Assembly (NCBI GenBank): GCA_963748815.1
Contig: CAVVKJ010000010.1
Location: 64,001-128,000, forward strand
Source: an uncultured Gemmatimonadales bacterium
GTDB taxonomy: Bacteria; Gemmatimonadota; Gemmatimonadetes; Gemmatimonadales; GWC2-71-9
Reading direction: 5' to 3'
Length of the DNA stretch: 64,000 nt
A model generated the notes under the pieces. It searched no databases, was not told where the DNA came from, and saw nothing but the letters and a program-made list of their open reading frames with translations. This document shows positions 63,487-64,000 of this stretch, one piece after another. The translations under genes and the position numbers were made by a program. How positions within the stretch are numbered: the first letter of the stretch is position 1; the number at the start of each line of letters is the position of its first letter.

Positions 63487-64000
63487 CTAGGTAAGCGGCG
63501 TGACCTCGGCGTCGGCGAGAACCCGGCGCGCCACGCGGAGCGCCGTCTCCCCGGACATCCCGAACACCGCGGTCCCCGCCGCATCGGCATGCATCGCGTT
63601 GTCACCCTGCACGGTGACGCTATGGATCGCGGAGCGCCGTGGCGCCGCCGTGCGGGGGTCGATCAGGTGGTGGTACCGTACGCCGTGCCACGTGAAGTAC
63701 CGCTCGTAGTCTCCGGACGTGGTCACCGCCCGGTCGGCCACGGCCAGCCGACCGGCCAACCGATCGAGCTGGTGCGGGTCGCGGATGCCCACTTCCCAGG
63801 GAGCGCCGTCGGGCCCGTGGCCCAGGGCGTAGAGGTCGCCGCCGACGGTCACGATGGCGCTCGACACGCCGCGCGCGCGCAAAGCCGCCACCGACCGGTC
63901 GATGCCATATCCCTTCGCGATTCCCCCCAGGTCCAGCTGGACGTCGGGGTCGTTGAATCGCACCTGGTGCGACGCACCTACGCGCGAGAGATCCACCTTC
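63487..64000 (-). CDS. apbE: FAD:protein FMN transferase, 3' part only
   Basis: LDLGGIAKGY, GGD, TSGDYER, HHLIDPRT, ADA. Confidence 0.93.
   Translation of the reverse strand, partial: KVDLSRVGASHQVRFNDPDVQLDLGGIAKGYGIDRSVAALRARGVSSAIVTVGGDLYALGHGPDGAPWEVGIRDPHQLDRLAGRLAVADRAVTTSGDYERYFTWHGVRYHHLIDPRTAAPRRSAIHSVTVQGDNAMHADAAGTAVFGMSGETALRVARRVLADAEVTPLT

Overview
A GC-rich bacterial chromosome segment, most likely Gemmatimonadota. This is inferred from the tmRNA tag ANDNLALAA, the membrane-anchored SARP/BTAD-TPR regulator, the Big_2/PD40 lipoprotein and the Ser/Thr kinase. Many single-base indels break even essential genes (purL, purF, trpB), so the frameshifts are treated as sequencing or assembly errors. 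Left to right the window holds: (1) a GGDEF gene end, a lipoprotein, a porin-like gene, ssrA, heptamer repeats, an arylsulfatase and a REP doublet; (2) a 14-kb minus-strand operon truA-htrA-purB-purC-psd-pssA-purS-purQ-zinc ribbon-purL-purF-ppdK-purE; (3) trpD, an antisense lexA, then trpC-trpF-trpB-HEAT-HD-GYP-trpA-MCP-folK-panBCD and three more coupled genes; (4) a divergent glycerate kinase/dehydrogenase pair; (5) an accessory envelope region with a vanadium haloperoxidase-like lipoprotein, a SARP regulator, an amidohydrolase pair, an mbnP-mbnH-cytochrome c unit, a TonB receptor, an ABC transporter, a kinase, an M28 peptidase and apbE. No integrase, transposase, CRISPR array, rRNA or tRNA was seen. 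The best leads are: a candidate LexA operator CCGAA-N6-CCGAA present twice on the lexA promoter, with lexA antisense inside the trp operon; a HEAT-repeat protein and an HD-GYP protein sharing an unnamed N-terminal domain; a CruR/CutF-like Cys/His-rich, Pro-ended upstream ORF ahead of mbnPH; and a recurring 11-bp-period TTGAC/TAAC direct repeat upstream of exported-protein genes near the SARP regulator. All calls come from reading the sequence by eye; no database search was run.
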